Shown: positions 39,591 through 51,774, counted from the first letter of the stretch. The stretch: DNA of 64,000 bases from Octopus sinensis (GCF_006345805.1 NC_043004.1:70308001-70372000); one strand, 5' to 3'. Notes: generated by a model from the sequence alone, not told the origin. Made by a program: numbers and translations.

Positions 39591-39995
39591 AACACCATCC
39601 GATCGTAGCCGTTCGCCAGCCTCGTCTGGCACCTGTGTCGGTGGCACATAAAAAACACCATCCGAGCGTAACCGTCTGCCAGCCTCGTCTGGCACCTGTG
39701 TAGGTGGCACATAAAAAACACCATCTGAGCATGACCGTCTGCCAGCCTCGTCTGGCACCTGTGTAGGTGGCACATAAAAAACACCATCCGAGCGTGACCG
39801 TCTGCCAGCCTCGTCTGGCACCTGTGTCGGTGGCACATAAAATCACCCACTACACTCTCGGAGTGGTTGGCGTTAGGAAGGGCATCCAGCTGTAGAAACA
39901 CTGCCAGATCTTCGGGCTTGCCAGACCCCAGTTGAACCGTCCAACCCATGCTAGCATGGAAAGCGGACGTTAAACGATGATGATGATGATGATGA
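39591..39995 (+). mobile_element. family B copy carrying a 4 x 63-bp minisatellite
   Basis: Units start aaacaccatc at 39591, 39654, 39717 and 39780. Confidence 0.85.
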
Positions 39996-41684
39996 TTTAA
40001 CCATCTCACATCATCGCTGATGAAGGGATATTCAAAATATCCCAGAAACAGCTGTAAGACCATATCTATATCTTTTTCCTTATAGATATCCTGAAAACTC
40101 CTCACAGCCTTGGGTTTGTTATCTCATTTTGTCTAATATATATATATATATATATAAATGATGTGTATGTATATGTGTGCGTGTATATAATATATGTGTG
40201 TGTTTATGTATGTATATATATATATGTGTGTGTGTATAAGTATATACAAAGAAAAGGTGCTGCCCAGTTTGGTAATTGAACCCACAATCTAGCAATCATG
40301 AATGTAACAGCCTAACCACTGGGCCACGCACCTTCACACATGTGTGTGCATGGGTCTGTGTCTGTGTTTATCCCCACCACTGCTTGACAATCGGTATTGG
40401 TGTGTTTATGGCCATAACTCCATAACTTAGCAGTTTGGCCAAAGAGACCGATAGATTAAGTACCAGGCTTTAAAAAATAAGTCCCCAGCTCATGTCATTT
40501 GACTAAAAATTCTTCAAGGCAGTGCCCCAGTGTGGCCACAACCAAATGATTGAAACAAGTAAAAGATTAAAGATAGATGATAGAAGATGGAAGACAGAGT
40601 CAGTAAGTGTTAAATAGTACAGCTCTACCTAACTACACTGGTAGAGTGCATCCGTAGTGGCAGTGTTAATAGTACAGTTCCACTTAAAATATACAATTGA
40701 AAGTCTTCTGTTACAAGTGAACCATCTTCTTTCATGCGTTACTGATGAACTAGCTGACCATGTGCCATCAATAATGATGGCTAATTGTCGTATTTTATAT
40801 ATAAATAAGGTACAAAATACTACAATTAGCCATAAAGTACATAATTAGTCATAAATTACATAATAATCACACATACAAACATTCACATACTTCCCTTGTA
40901 CATGCATACACATACACATGTATACTCACACTGTTGAAATGCTGATTTTTTCTTTCACCCCTTCCTTCTTTATTCATCTATCACCCCTTCCTTTCTCTCA
41001 TTGCTATTACTTTCTCTCACTCCCTCTCAGTCAGGGCTATTACTCTCACTACTTCTCCTTCACTGAATTACTATTTTCTCTCTTTCACGTCCGGCGTAAT
41101 TCTGGACAAATATGTATATAAACCAGAAGGCTGTACCAGGATCCAACCTGATCTGGGAATGTTTCTACAGCTGGATGCCCTTCCTAATGCCAACCATTCC
41201 AAGGGTATAGTGGGTACTTTTTATGTGCCACCAGCACGGGAGCCAGTCAGGCGGTACTGGCATTAATACTTTTAACATGCCACTAGCACGGGTGCCAATC
41301 AGGTAGTGCACATGTGTGTGTGTGTGTGTGTCTATACATATATAAATATACACATATTTATGTGTGCACACACACACACATGACATTGGCAATATAGTCA
41401 TGTTCATTGCCAGTAAATGACTCGCATGGAAATGTCATGGCCTTTGCCAGTGTTGTGTAAATGACACCTATGCCAGTGGCACGTTAAAAGCACCCATTAT
41501 ACTCTTGGGGTGGTTAGCATTAAGAAGGGCATCCAGCTGTACAAACTATGCTAAATCAGACTGGAACCTGGGGCAGCTCTCTGGTTTGCCAGTGCCACTC
41601 AAACCATCTATACATGTCAGCAATGGAAAGCGGATGTTAAATGATGATGATGATGATGATGACGATATATATACATATATATAA

Positions 41685-41719
<35 letters not shown>

Positions 41720-41721
<2 letters not shown>

Positions 41722-42097
41722 CGTGGCTGTGTGGTAAGTAGCTTGCTTACCAACTACATGGTTCTGGGTTCAGTCCCACTGCATGACATCTTGGGCAAGT
41801 GTCTTCTACTATAGCCTCGGGCCGACCAAAGCCTTGTGAGTGGATTTGGTAGATGGAAACTGAAAGAAGCCCATCGTATATATATATGTATATATGTGTG
41901 TGCGTTTGTGTGTTTGTGTTTGTCTCCCCCCCCCCACCATTGCTTGATGCTGGTGTGTTTACATCCCTGTAACTTAGCGGTTCGGCAAAGAGTCCAATAG
42001 AATAAGTACTAGGCTTACTAAGAATAGGGTCGATTTGTCAACTAAAGGTGGTGCTCCAGCATGGCTGCAGTCAAATGACTGAAACAAATAAAAGAAA
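41720..42097 (+). mobile_element. SINE family A
   Basis: Full-length match to the family. Confidence 0.8.
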
Positions 42098-42574
42098 AAA
42101 TATATATATACACACCCACATATATATCTATATATACACACACACACATATACACAATATATATACAATATATACACATGCACATGATGAGCTTCTTTCA
42201 GTTTCCCTTCAGCAAATTTTCATGTGGCTTAGGTGGGCCCAGGAATTCAATGAGACTGAATCCAAAATAGGCACACATGTTGATAAGCATTTACAAGCTA
42301 TGCCTACAACTAGTAACTTCACTTATATACAAGTATCCCTTCACAAAAGATTGCTTAATTTAATAACTTTTGCATTGCCAATATGTGTATATATTCACTT
42401 AGTGTTTAATACACATAATATTCTTTTCTACTCTAGGCACAAGACTCGAAATTTTAGGGAAGGGAGCCAGTCAATTTGGTCAACCCCAGTATGCAACTGG
42501 TACTTGATTTATCAGCCCCGAAAGGATGAAAGGCAAAGTTGGCCTCAGCAGAATTTGAAAGACAGATGAAATAT

Positions 42575-42806
42575 CTATTTCTTTACTACCCACAAGGAGC
42601 TAAACACAGAGGGGACAAACAAGGACAGACAAATGGATTAAGTTGATTATATCGACCCCAGTGCATAACTGGTACTTAATTTATCAACCCCGAAAGGATG
42701 AAAGGCAAAGTCGACCTCGGCGGAATTTGAGCTCAGAACGTAGTGGCAGGCGAAATACGGCTACGCATTTTGCCCGGCGTGCTAACGTTTCTGCCAGCTC
42801 GCCGCC
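42575..42806 (-). mobile_element. CORE-type tRNA SINE (octopus OR-like)
   Basis: ggcggcgagctggcagaaacgttagc head; gcctttcatcctttcggggt.gataaattaagtacc CORE-like domain. Confidence 0.8.
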
Positions 42807-43758
42807 TTTAAAAAGATATGCTTTTCTGCTCTAGGCACAAGGCCCAAAATTTGAGGGAAAGAGGCCAGTCGATTAGATCGACCCCAGTATGCAACTGGTA
42901 CTTAATCTATTGACCCCAAAAGGATGAAAGGCAAAGTTGATGAAATAAAGATAGATGAAATACTGCAAATCATTTCGCCCCACATGCTAACGTATCTACC
43001 AACTCGCCACCTTAGTTCAAAGGTTGAAGGTATTTGCATAGAAATGTTGAAGGTATTTGCTTGCTCAGCTCAACTTTTCAAGGGGCACTTCTTTTCAAGC
43101 CCATTTTCTAGATGAGGTTGGCTACCCCTTTGTGACCTCAACTAGTTCTTGTACACCCCATCATCCACTGGAGACAGTATATATAGAACATTACCTAATA
43201 TGCTTTTCTATATATTTATTTGTTGTTGTTTAGCCCAAGGTCATCCCTCATCAAGCAAGCCTATGGTCACAGCTTTCCCATCCCATACTTTTATTCTATT
43301 ACTTGTTTCAGTCATTTGACTGTGGCTACACTGGAGCCGCAGTCAAATAACAAAGAACCTTTGAAGGGTTTCCTGAAAGAAAAATTAAATCCCTTGGATG
43401 AATTTAGGAGAAAGAGACACTGAGTAACAGAAATGGAAAATAAAAGAAGTAACCAGCAGTAACAAGACAAAACCACATCTCCAGTTTGGTCAAATTTCAT
43501 CAGAAACAAACCAATAAGAGAGTTTTTATGGAATTGTTCAGCCTACTAGAAATAGCAGCCAAATCCTCTTTGAATTATATCGTAGCATTTTAGATATTCA
43601 CATTGAATAATGTACTCCATAATGTACAAAAACTCTGCTCAATGAAGAACCTAGGTTTAAACCAACAACCATAACTACAAGGCAGGGTCCCCAGGAGCAG
43701 ACATGCAGTTCATTTTGAAACTGCAGGTTTGGTCCCACTGCGCAGGCACATCATCCAC

Positions 43759-43875
43759 CTTACATGCTTCAAAGTATAACGAATATGCTCTTTTTCTGAT
43801 ATCTATGAAACACTCAACATCGTTTATCTTCAAAGAGCTAAGCTGGCCACTCATCTCGAGTATAACAAATAGTTC
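43759..43875 (-). CDS. candidate 117-nt phase-0 exon (ELFVILEMSGQ...YFEACK)
   Basis: cag| acceptor and aag|GTGGAT donor in frame, but the acceptor lies inside a MITE TIR. Confidence 0.2.
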
Positions 43876-44060
43876 CTGACTTTTGAGTAAAAGAAAAATC
43901 AGAAGGATCACTTAATCTTAATTTTATTCAACATAGTCCCCTCTCAGATTCACTCAATTATTGTTGCGGTCCTTCAGTCTTTCTAAGCCCGGGAAAGAAA
44001 CTCAGAAGGTTGGGCCTCCAGCCAGGTTTTTGCAATACGCTTAGAGCCAGGAACTTTTCA
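43866..44060. mobile_element. mariner-type MITE (decayed)
   Basis: Same internal sequence as 58874-59066. Confidence 0.7.
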
Positions 44061-44252
44061 ATGCCTCACCTGGCACCTGTGCGAGTGGCACGTAAAAAGC
44101 ACCCACTACACTCACGGAGTGGTTGGCGTTAGGAAGGGCATCCAGCTGTAGAAACACTGCCAGATAAGACTGGAGCCTGGTGCAGCCTTCTGGCTTCCCA
44201 AATCCCCGGTTGAATGTCCAACCCATGCTAGCATGGAGAACGGACGTTAAAC

Positions 44253-44320
<68 letters not shown>

Positions 44321-44523
44321 CGAAAAGTCCCTGGCTTTGGGTAAAAGGAAATACAGGGATCAGTTAATTATGACTTTATTCAACAAAACCCCTCGCAGAT
44401 TCATGCACTTATTGCAGTGGTCATTCAGTTTTTCTAAGACCTGTAGAAAGAACTCGGAAGGCTGGACCTCCAGCCAGGCCTTTCGCGACACCCTTAAAGC
44501 CAGGAACTTTTCAGCAACCCTCG
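44321..44523. mobile_element. mariner-type MITE
   Basis: TA-flanked; ccaggaacttttcagcaaccctcg right TIR. Confidence 0.75.
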
Positions 44524-44588
44524 TATGTAAACAGCAGCTGAAGATTAAAACAAAAAGAAATGAAACCAAAAAAAAATAAAAGAAGCCA

Positions 44589-44598
44589 ACCGGAAGTG
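44589..44598 (+). promoter_or_regulatory. ETS-type site ACCGGAAGTG at the CpG transition
   Basis: Perfect ETS consensus in unique DNA where CpG density rises. Confidence 0.35.
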
Positions 44599-45641
44599 CA
44601 TGCATGAATGTGAATAAAAACCTCTCAATGAAGTAAAATTTAGAGAGAAATGTGTAGGAGTCGACAGGAAAGAAAAACTATCAAGCGCCGTAAAGTAAAA
44701 TATCGGCAATTGTGTAATATTTGAGATGATGTTTGTAAACATGGTAATTCGGATTTCGTTAAATTTCATTCAGCCACTCTAGTTTTGCTTGCTGATGATG
44801 AAAATCACCTTCATTTTTTAAATTTTTTTATTTCGAGAAATAATGAAGTTACGAACATTTAAAACCATGTCATTTTAGCCAATGTAACTTCTTCGTTATT
44901 AATTTCTCGACAAAATGAAAGCAATTTACGTCATCAGGTGGTTGGAAGAAATTGAACAGGATCCAGTAATTCTGGTAGTTAGGAAACGGGGGCGATCTTA
45001 GGTTTTATGGGCAAATAATGGTGAGCAATAAAGAGTTAAGTAAGGTGAATGAAAGTCAATGAAAATCATAATCGGCAATAAAATGAAACTGGAAATGGTA
45101 CCATATTTTTATTACGTGAAAGAGAACGGAACGTATTGACTGATTACAGCAGCACATCACTTAACAGCTAATTAATCCAGACAATACATAACCGACGCCG
45201 ACTCAATGGTAGTTCGAGTATTACTAGGTATATGGTAAATATCCTAGCATAGCAACACATGTCCTCCCCACACCCATGGACTTTATTTACTCATAACCTG
45301 CAGAAAAATAGATATTTTGTAATAGAATTTTCTACAAATACTTTTCAGAAGGTGTTGTAGATTCTAATTCTATCGGAATTTGTTTTGGAGGCAGCAGGAG
45401 GAGTTTCAGATAATTCGCAGGAGTCGACTTTGTTTCCTCATAACTTTTTGAAAAATGAGTATTTATTTTTTAACGCAATTTTCTACAAATATATTTGAGA
45501 TGATGTAGATTATAGGAATTTGTTGTGAAAAAATTTTTCGGACGTTGGAAGAGGAGTTTCAAATAATTCTCACTAGTCGACTTTGTTTCCTCGTTAACTT
45601 TTAGAAAACTGGGTTGTTATAAAAGAAAGATTCTACAAATA

Positions 45642-46063
45642 GGCGTAGGAGTGGCTGTGTGGTAAGTAGCTTGCTTACGAATCACATGGTTCCGGGTTCA
45701 GTCCCACAGCATGGCAAGTGTCTTCTACTATAGCCTAGGGCCGACCAAAGCCTTGTGAGTGGATTTGGTAGACGGAAACTGTAAGAAGCCCGTCGTATAA
45801 ATGGTAGACGGAAACTGTAAGAAGCCCGTCGTATATATGCATAAATACATGTGTATGTATATGTTTGTGTGTCTGTGTTTGTCCCCCCCCCCCAACATCG
45901 CTTGACAACCGATGCTGGTGTGTTTACGTCCCCGTAACTTAGCAGTTCAGCAAAAGAGACCGATAGAATAAGTACCAGAATAAGCCCTGGGGTCGATTTG
46001 TCGACTAAATGCGGTGCTCCAGCATGGCCACAGTCAAATGACTGAAACAAGTAAAGGAGTAAA
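45642..46063 (+). mobile_element. SINE family A with an internal ~36-bp duplication
   Basis: ggtagacggaaactgtaagaagcccgtcgtata occurs twice (45766 and 45802). Confidence 0.85.
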
Positions 46064-46439
46064 TACATTTCAAATGAATGCAGATAATTTAATGTGAAAA
46101 ATAAATGGAACTCGTGCACAGATACATATCGACATACATTACAAAATGAAACTTGAAATTTTGAAAAAATTGTGTTCGCGCCCACCATTTATTTATTTAA
46201 ACACCTTAAATTCGATACAATCAGAATCTACACCATTTGAAAGATATTGATAGAAAATCTCATTAAAAAAAAAACATCCATTTTTCTGAAAGTTATGAGG
46301 AAACAAAATCAGATGCGGGTAGACCCAATTGTCTGGCTATGCTAGTGTCCCGTGGTAGATTTGTGTATTTCACTGATATGATGATCATGAATTATGCCAA
46401 GATTTTTATTGACCGTTTGGGTTTACCAGGTTCACTTAC

Positions 46440-46574
46440 TTCTGTTATATATAAACATAAACCTCCAGATTCCCAGAGAAAAAATTTCAGTTTCATTTTA
46501 TTAACGACTGTGTTATTTTCATTCATTCCAGCTCCTTTCGTGTCGTACACCATTAAATATCCATAAAAGATCAC
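46440..46574 (-). CDS. candidate 135-nt phase-0 exon (VIFYGYLMVYDTKGAG...FFLWESGGLCLYITE), gene unknown
   Basis: tatatttcctag| acceptor, gaa|GTAAGT donor, length divisible by 3, only frame 0 open. Confidence 0.4.
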
Positions 46575-46782
46575 CTAGGAAATATACGAATTATTGCGTG
46601 AAAGAATGCAAAATAATATAATATTGATTTCTCACATTGACACAAGGTATCGCTTCGGAATGAGGGCACTGGGTTTAAAAAAATAAATAAAGGTCGAGCT
46701 CAGAAGGATTTGAACGCAGAAAGCTTTGACTAATTACTTCAGAATAATTAGTTCCAGTTTTTATTGGTTCTACTAATGTACC

Positions 46783-47015
46783 TATTTCTTTACTACCCAC
46801 AAGGGGTTAAACACAGAGGGGACAAACAAGGACAGACAAAGGGATTAAGTCGATTACATCGACCCCAGTGCGTAACTGGTACTTAATTTATCGACCCCGA
46901 AAGGATGAAAGGCAAAGTCGACCTCGGCGGAATTTGAACTCAGAACGTAGCGGCAGAAGAAATACCGCTAAGTATTTCACCCGGTGTGCTAACGTTTCTG
47001 CCAGCTCGCCGCCTC
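46783..47015 (-). mobile_element. young CORE-type SINE with an 18-bp TSD
   Basis: TSD tggttctactaatgtacc at 46765-46782 and 47016-47033. Confidence 0.9.
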
Positions 47016-47401
47016 TGGTTCTACTAATGTACCGCTAAATTGCCATTTAAATTACAAGCAACAAGTGAAATCAGCTTTTTCAAACCACCACGATCAACAG
47101 GCGCGAACAAAAAAAATAGTTTTCTTTGTCCTGTTGATGGTGGTGGTTTGGACGAGCGAGAATCCTTAGATTCGGTTTCGAATCTAAGCCTGGAGAAAGA
47201 AGTGTTAATTTTTACATATACCTAATTTGCTTGAACAACACACATACATGCAAGTACACATAAACATTTTAGTTCTTACATATATGTGTGTATGTATACC
47301 TATACATGTGTGTATAGGCCTATATATACATATACATACACACACATACATGAATACATACACACACACTATTTTATATATTTTATCTCTAATTCATATC
47401 T

Positions 47402-47437
<36 letters not shown>

Positions 47438-48281
47438 ATGTACAGGTATTATATATTAGAAGAAATGAGGTAATCAGAAGATATATATATGTGTGTGTGT
47501 GTATATATATATATATAAGATGATCTGGTTCTTGACTGATGACTGAGGGCTTCGAATGTCCCGTCCTGTGGTTCTTGTGTCGTCTCTTTGGTGTTTCATG
47601 TTCTTGTCCATGTCTGTATTTATTTTTTACTGTTTACATATATATATATAAATATGTATACACACACACACACACCTGTATACCATGCATTTTATGTATG
47701 TGACCCGACGTAAAACAAAACAAAGTTTCGAGTTGTGTCCCTTTACGTCGAAAGCTAACTTAGACATACAACAAATAGGAATCGTTAAAATAAGGGCCAG
47801 ACGGAAATAAGTAGTAAGCGGCGAGGAGCATAATACAAAAGTACACAAAAAGAAAAGGGAACAGCAGAACCCTAGTGTAGCAGAAGTCCAGTGAATGAAA
47901 CCCGTAAGGGACAACTACAATCAAATTTTATTACCACTTTTTGGAGAGGCATCAACTTCACAGATTCACCTCGACAGAAAAACCTGAATAATACAGCGAT
48001 GGTCTTCTCTACGACAATACGAATTAACAAGGGACACATGCATGCACTCGCTCGGTCTGCTAGAAATAGCAGCCAAAGCTCCCTCAAGCCATAGCTAATT
48101 CATACAGACATGCATGCAAACATACATACATATATGATAATATAAGGACAGGATGGTCGCATCTGACACACCTTTGATCATAGGAGGTCTGCACGGTCAG
48201 GCTGACCTGGGGCTAAACAACAATAACTTTCTGCATATAAACAGAAATCGATATTGCAGGAAACAGCCTGGAGTGAGTGTC

Positions 48282-48410
48282 CCATAGCAACGGTGATGAT
48301 GACATTCAAACAGTGTGACACTATTTTCATCTTCACGTGCTGCCAGATCAAAGACCTGACGTCGACGTACCATCCAACCAATGAGTGAGACTCTGCGTAG
48401 TCACATGACT
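48282..48410. promoter_or_regulatory. motif cluster: RFX X-box, E-box, CRE-like, CCAAT, GTCACATGAC
   Basis: ccatagcaac 48282, cacgtg 48334, tgacgtc 48357, ccaat 48378, gtcacatgac 48400. Confidence 0.35.
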
Positions 48411-49934
48411 TGCGAGAATTAGCAGTCAAGTCTCTCTCTCTCTCTCTCTCTCTCTCACTCACTTTCTCTCTCTCTCTCTCTCACTCACTTTCTCTCTCTC
48501 TCTCTCTCTCTCTCAAACTATATCCGACCTACTTTAAGAAGCAGAATGTAACATTGGATAATATAGGCCTACATTATATTGTCTGAATAAAAGATGGGAT
48601 GGTCAGTGCTGGAACGCCTTTTATCATAGGTCTAGTGAATCAGGATTTTCCTTAGACAATACGATAGCAACTAGGAATGGTGTGACAGAACGTGGAACAA
48701 CAAAAATATGGAAAGCATTAAAAGACAGATCAAAGAGATCTGGTGAGAGGACGGAACCTTGCCATAGCAATGGTGATACTGACAGTTGGCAATGCTTCAT
48801 TGCTTTGCAACCGTAGTTTGTTTACAAACATAGTTTACGTAAGTCACGTGGACATGCTAACAACAACAACACGAATTAACGGTGTTGTTGATATTGTTTA
48901 GCCCCGGGTCATCTTTGGTTGAATAGATCTATGATTAAAGGTACAACAGTAGCAAACGTTCCGTCATTTTTGTATACCCAAAACAACATTGGCCAATGAG
49001 TGCAAGGCGGTTGGGTGTGTTTTGAGGGTACATTGGCTGCTATTTCTAACAGGTCAAATGAAAATGTAAAAAGCTCTTAACATTAGAAGAGAGTAACGGT
49101 GTTGTTAAGTCGGTTGAGCAACAAATGAGACGACTTCTTTGTTCAGTCACGAGTTTTATAGTGACACCCGGAACTCCAAGCAACGACTATTTATTGGTTA
49201 TTTTTGTCTATTTTACGCTTTGAGTTCAAATCCTGGGGCTTTGGTTGACTTAATCTTTCAACCATCCTGGGGTCGATCGTAACCGGTTCTACTATTTTCA
49301 CACAAGAAAAGCGTGGTTTTGTACAGCTGTTTGAAATATACTGCTTAGAAAATCATGCCATATTTCTCCACCCTGAAATCAGTCAACACCGTGAATGGGG
49401 TAGATGCATACCATCCTTGAATATGACCAACACTGTGAGTGTAGTGTATTTGGAGTGCCTATTTTTTCTACCATTTGGGATTAGGGCGCATGCAAAAATG
49501 TATGAATGAAACTGTATGTATGTATGTATGTATGTACGTAGGTTTGTATGTATGTGTGTATGTAGGTACGTAAGTATGGATGTATGTCCTTTTTCTTCTT
49601 TTTAACTAGAGTAATTTTGACCGGCCACCGACTTGGTAGCAAGATTGTGAAGGAAAGTATAGCGAAGGTAAAGAATACGCACACCCGGTGTTTAGGGTTA
49701 TGCCGAAAACGGATGGTGTACATATTCTGTACCTCCGCCGGAAAGTATCTTGATGTAACCGACAGCTTTTAATTCTTTTTATAGTCTTAGATATCGCGAT
49801 CATTTGTAGGGCATGGATTAAAGATTTACATTATAATTGTATCAGGGGCGTATATTCCAATAAATGGCAAATTTATTATAAATATTAATCTTATTCATTA
49901 ATTTAATCACAAATCTTTATGGAAAACCATTGAA

Positions 49935-50314
49935 GGATCTTTACCTTTTGACCTACAGATTTGAAAAACAATGTTTTGTAACTAAATACTTTCAAACTTC
50001 GTATACATGTAGAATGTGTCACATAAAATATCTTTTACTCTTGGCGTTGTTGAGAAAATTCTGTATTTTGGAAGTTATTTCTTGTTGAAGTTGTCGTATT
50101 TCGCTAATTTCAACCAATCAATGACGTGTATTCAGCTGAATAAAATTACTGCCATTGTTTGTCAACAACTCTCGGCGGTGTATATTTCGTTAGTCATTGT
50201 TATTTATGATGACATCGTTCGTGCGTTTGTAGTGGTTTTGGCTTTAAGGTTTTAAGGTTAGGGTTTTAGGGTTAGAGCTAGTCTTTTAATTTATCGGTCA
50301 AAAGGTAAAGATCC
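49935..50314. mobile_element. MITE with perfect 19-bp TIRs and internal TTAGGG-like repeats
   Basis: ggatctttaccttttgacc / ggtcaaaaggtaaagatcc; flanks ccattgaa/cttttgaa (6/8). Confidence 0.7.
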
Positions 50315-50562
50315 CTTTTGAAATTTGGTGGCATTGGGAGTGACAACAACTACCATACGTCACTGATATGTATGTATATATATGTATATATGTATGCATA
50401 AAATGCATGTGTGCGTGTCTGTGTATGTATGTAACTGCTTATTCAAAGAACTATGCAATGACAGGTATGTTATTATATGTATAGTGTACATGTATATATA
50501 TATATATCAGACCAAAAGGGTACGGGCGCCGCAATATATATTTGTCCCAGTTTGTATTTTTT

Positions 50563-50647
<85 letters not shown>

Positions 50648-50744
50648 GCAGGTGGGCGAGTAATCTGAAAAATAAAACCGGGAATGAATATACACATAGA
50701 CACACAAATGTGCATACGTAAGTACGTACATACGAACGCGCACG

Positions 50745-50781
<37 letters not shown>

Positions 50782-50844
50782 CGACGGTTACAAATGAACT
50801 GGGGTGGGGTGGGGGAACTGAACCTTAAAGGAATCAGTTGTACT

Positions 50845-51095
50845 AAGAGAGGAGACTGTGTTGGAATGGCCATGTGAAGTGTATGAAGAGATAACGATGG
50901 GACGAAGTGACAAGTGATGTAAGTGGAAGGAATTTGTTGCAGAGGATGAAAACGAGGGAAGACGTTTTGGGAAGCGTGGTAAAAACTGATCTTGGTATCG
51001 AAGGATACATCGAGGCCCCGCAAGTGGCAAGGAAATTCATCCAAACCCATGAAAGCACGGGAAAATAGGCATAAAATTAACGATGGCGATACATA
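50845..51095 (+). mobile_element. decayed RTE-type LINE 3' end
   Basis: RLCWNGHVK.M remnant; ends cccatgaaagcacgggaaaatagg...gatggcgat, like the family B tail. Confidence 0.45.
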
Positions 51096-51441
51096 CGCAC
51101 ATATATACACGCCTACATATATATACACACACTGTGGGGCTCTCGTACTACTCACACCCAAACATATATGCATACGTAGATATATAAGTATGTATGTATG
51201 TGGGTATGTATGTATCTTTTCTTTTATAAAAGCACAAGGCCGGGGGGGGGGCCTAGTCGGTTACATCAACATCTGTATTCGACCTGTACTTATTTCATCG
51301 ACCCCGAATGGATTGAAAGCAAAGTCGACAGTAGAATTCAGAACGTAAAGACGGACGAGATGCCGCTAAGCATTTTGTCCGGCGTGCTAACGATTTTGTC
51401 ACTCCATGGCATTGACAGTAAAAATAATAATGATGATGAAA

Positions 51442-51674
51442 GGCGGTGAGATGGCAGAGTGGTTAGCACGCCGGGCGAAATACTTAGCGGTATTTCGCCT
51501 GCCGCTACGTTCTGAGTTCAAATTCCGCCGAGGTCGACTTTGCCTTTCATCCTTTCGGGGTCGATTGAATAAGTACCAGTTACGCACTGGGGTCGATATA
51601 ATCGACTTAATCCGTTTGTCTGTTTTTGTTTGTCCCTTCTGTGTTTAGCCCCTTGTGGGTAGTAAAGAAATAGG
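51442..51674 (+). mobile_element. CORE-type tRNA SINE
   Basis: Full-length copy; partial copies at 51250-51390 (-) and 51690-51770 (+). Confidence 0.85.
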
Positions 51675-51774
51675 TATTTCGTTTGTCTTTACGTTCTGAG
51701 TTGAAATTTCGCCGAGGTCGACTTTACCTTTCATCCTTTCGGGGTCGATAAATTAAATAGGATAAATTAAGTAG

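Noticed and set aside
39591-39842. Regular repeats resembling a CRISPR array
   Set aside because: The units are contiguous 63-bp repeats with no unique spacers and sit inside a SINE in eukaryotic DNA.
40690-40790. Minus-strand IIIDGTWS, resembling the DTW-domain motif
   Set aside because: Flanking residues do not match DTWD1/2 as I recall them, splice signals are weak, and there is no supporting exon.
47536-47570. CTGATGA...CGAA motif
   Set aside because: It lacks GAAA and helix I/III pairing.
50242-50275. Telomere or interstitial telomere
   Set aside because: Only 2-3 imperfect units, inside a TIR element.
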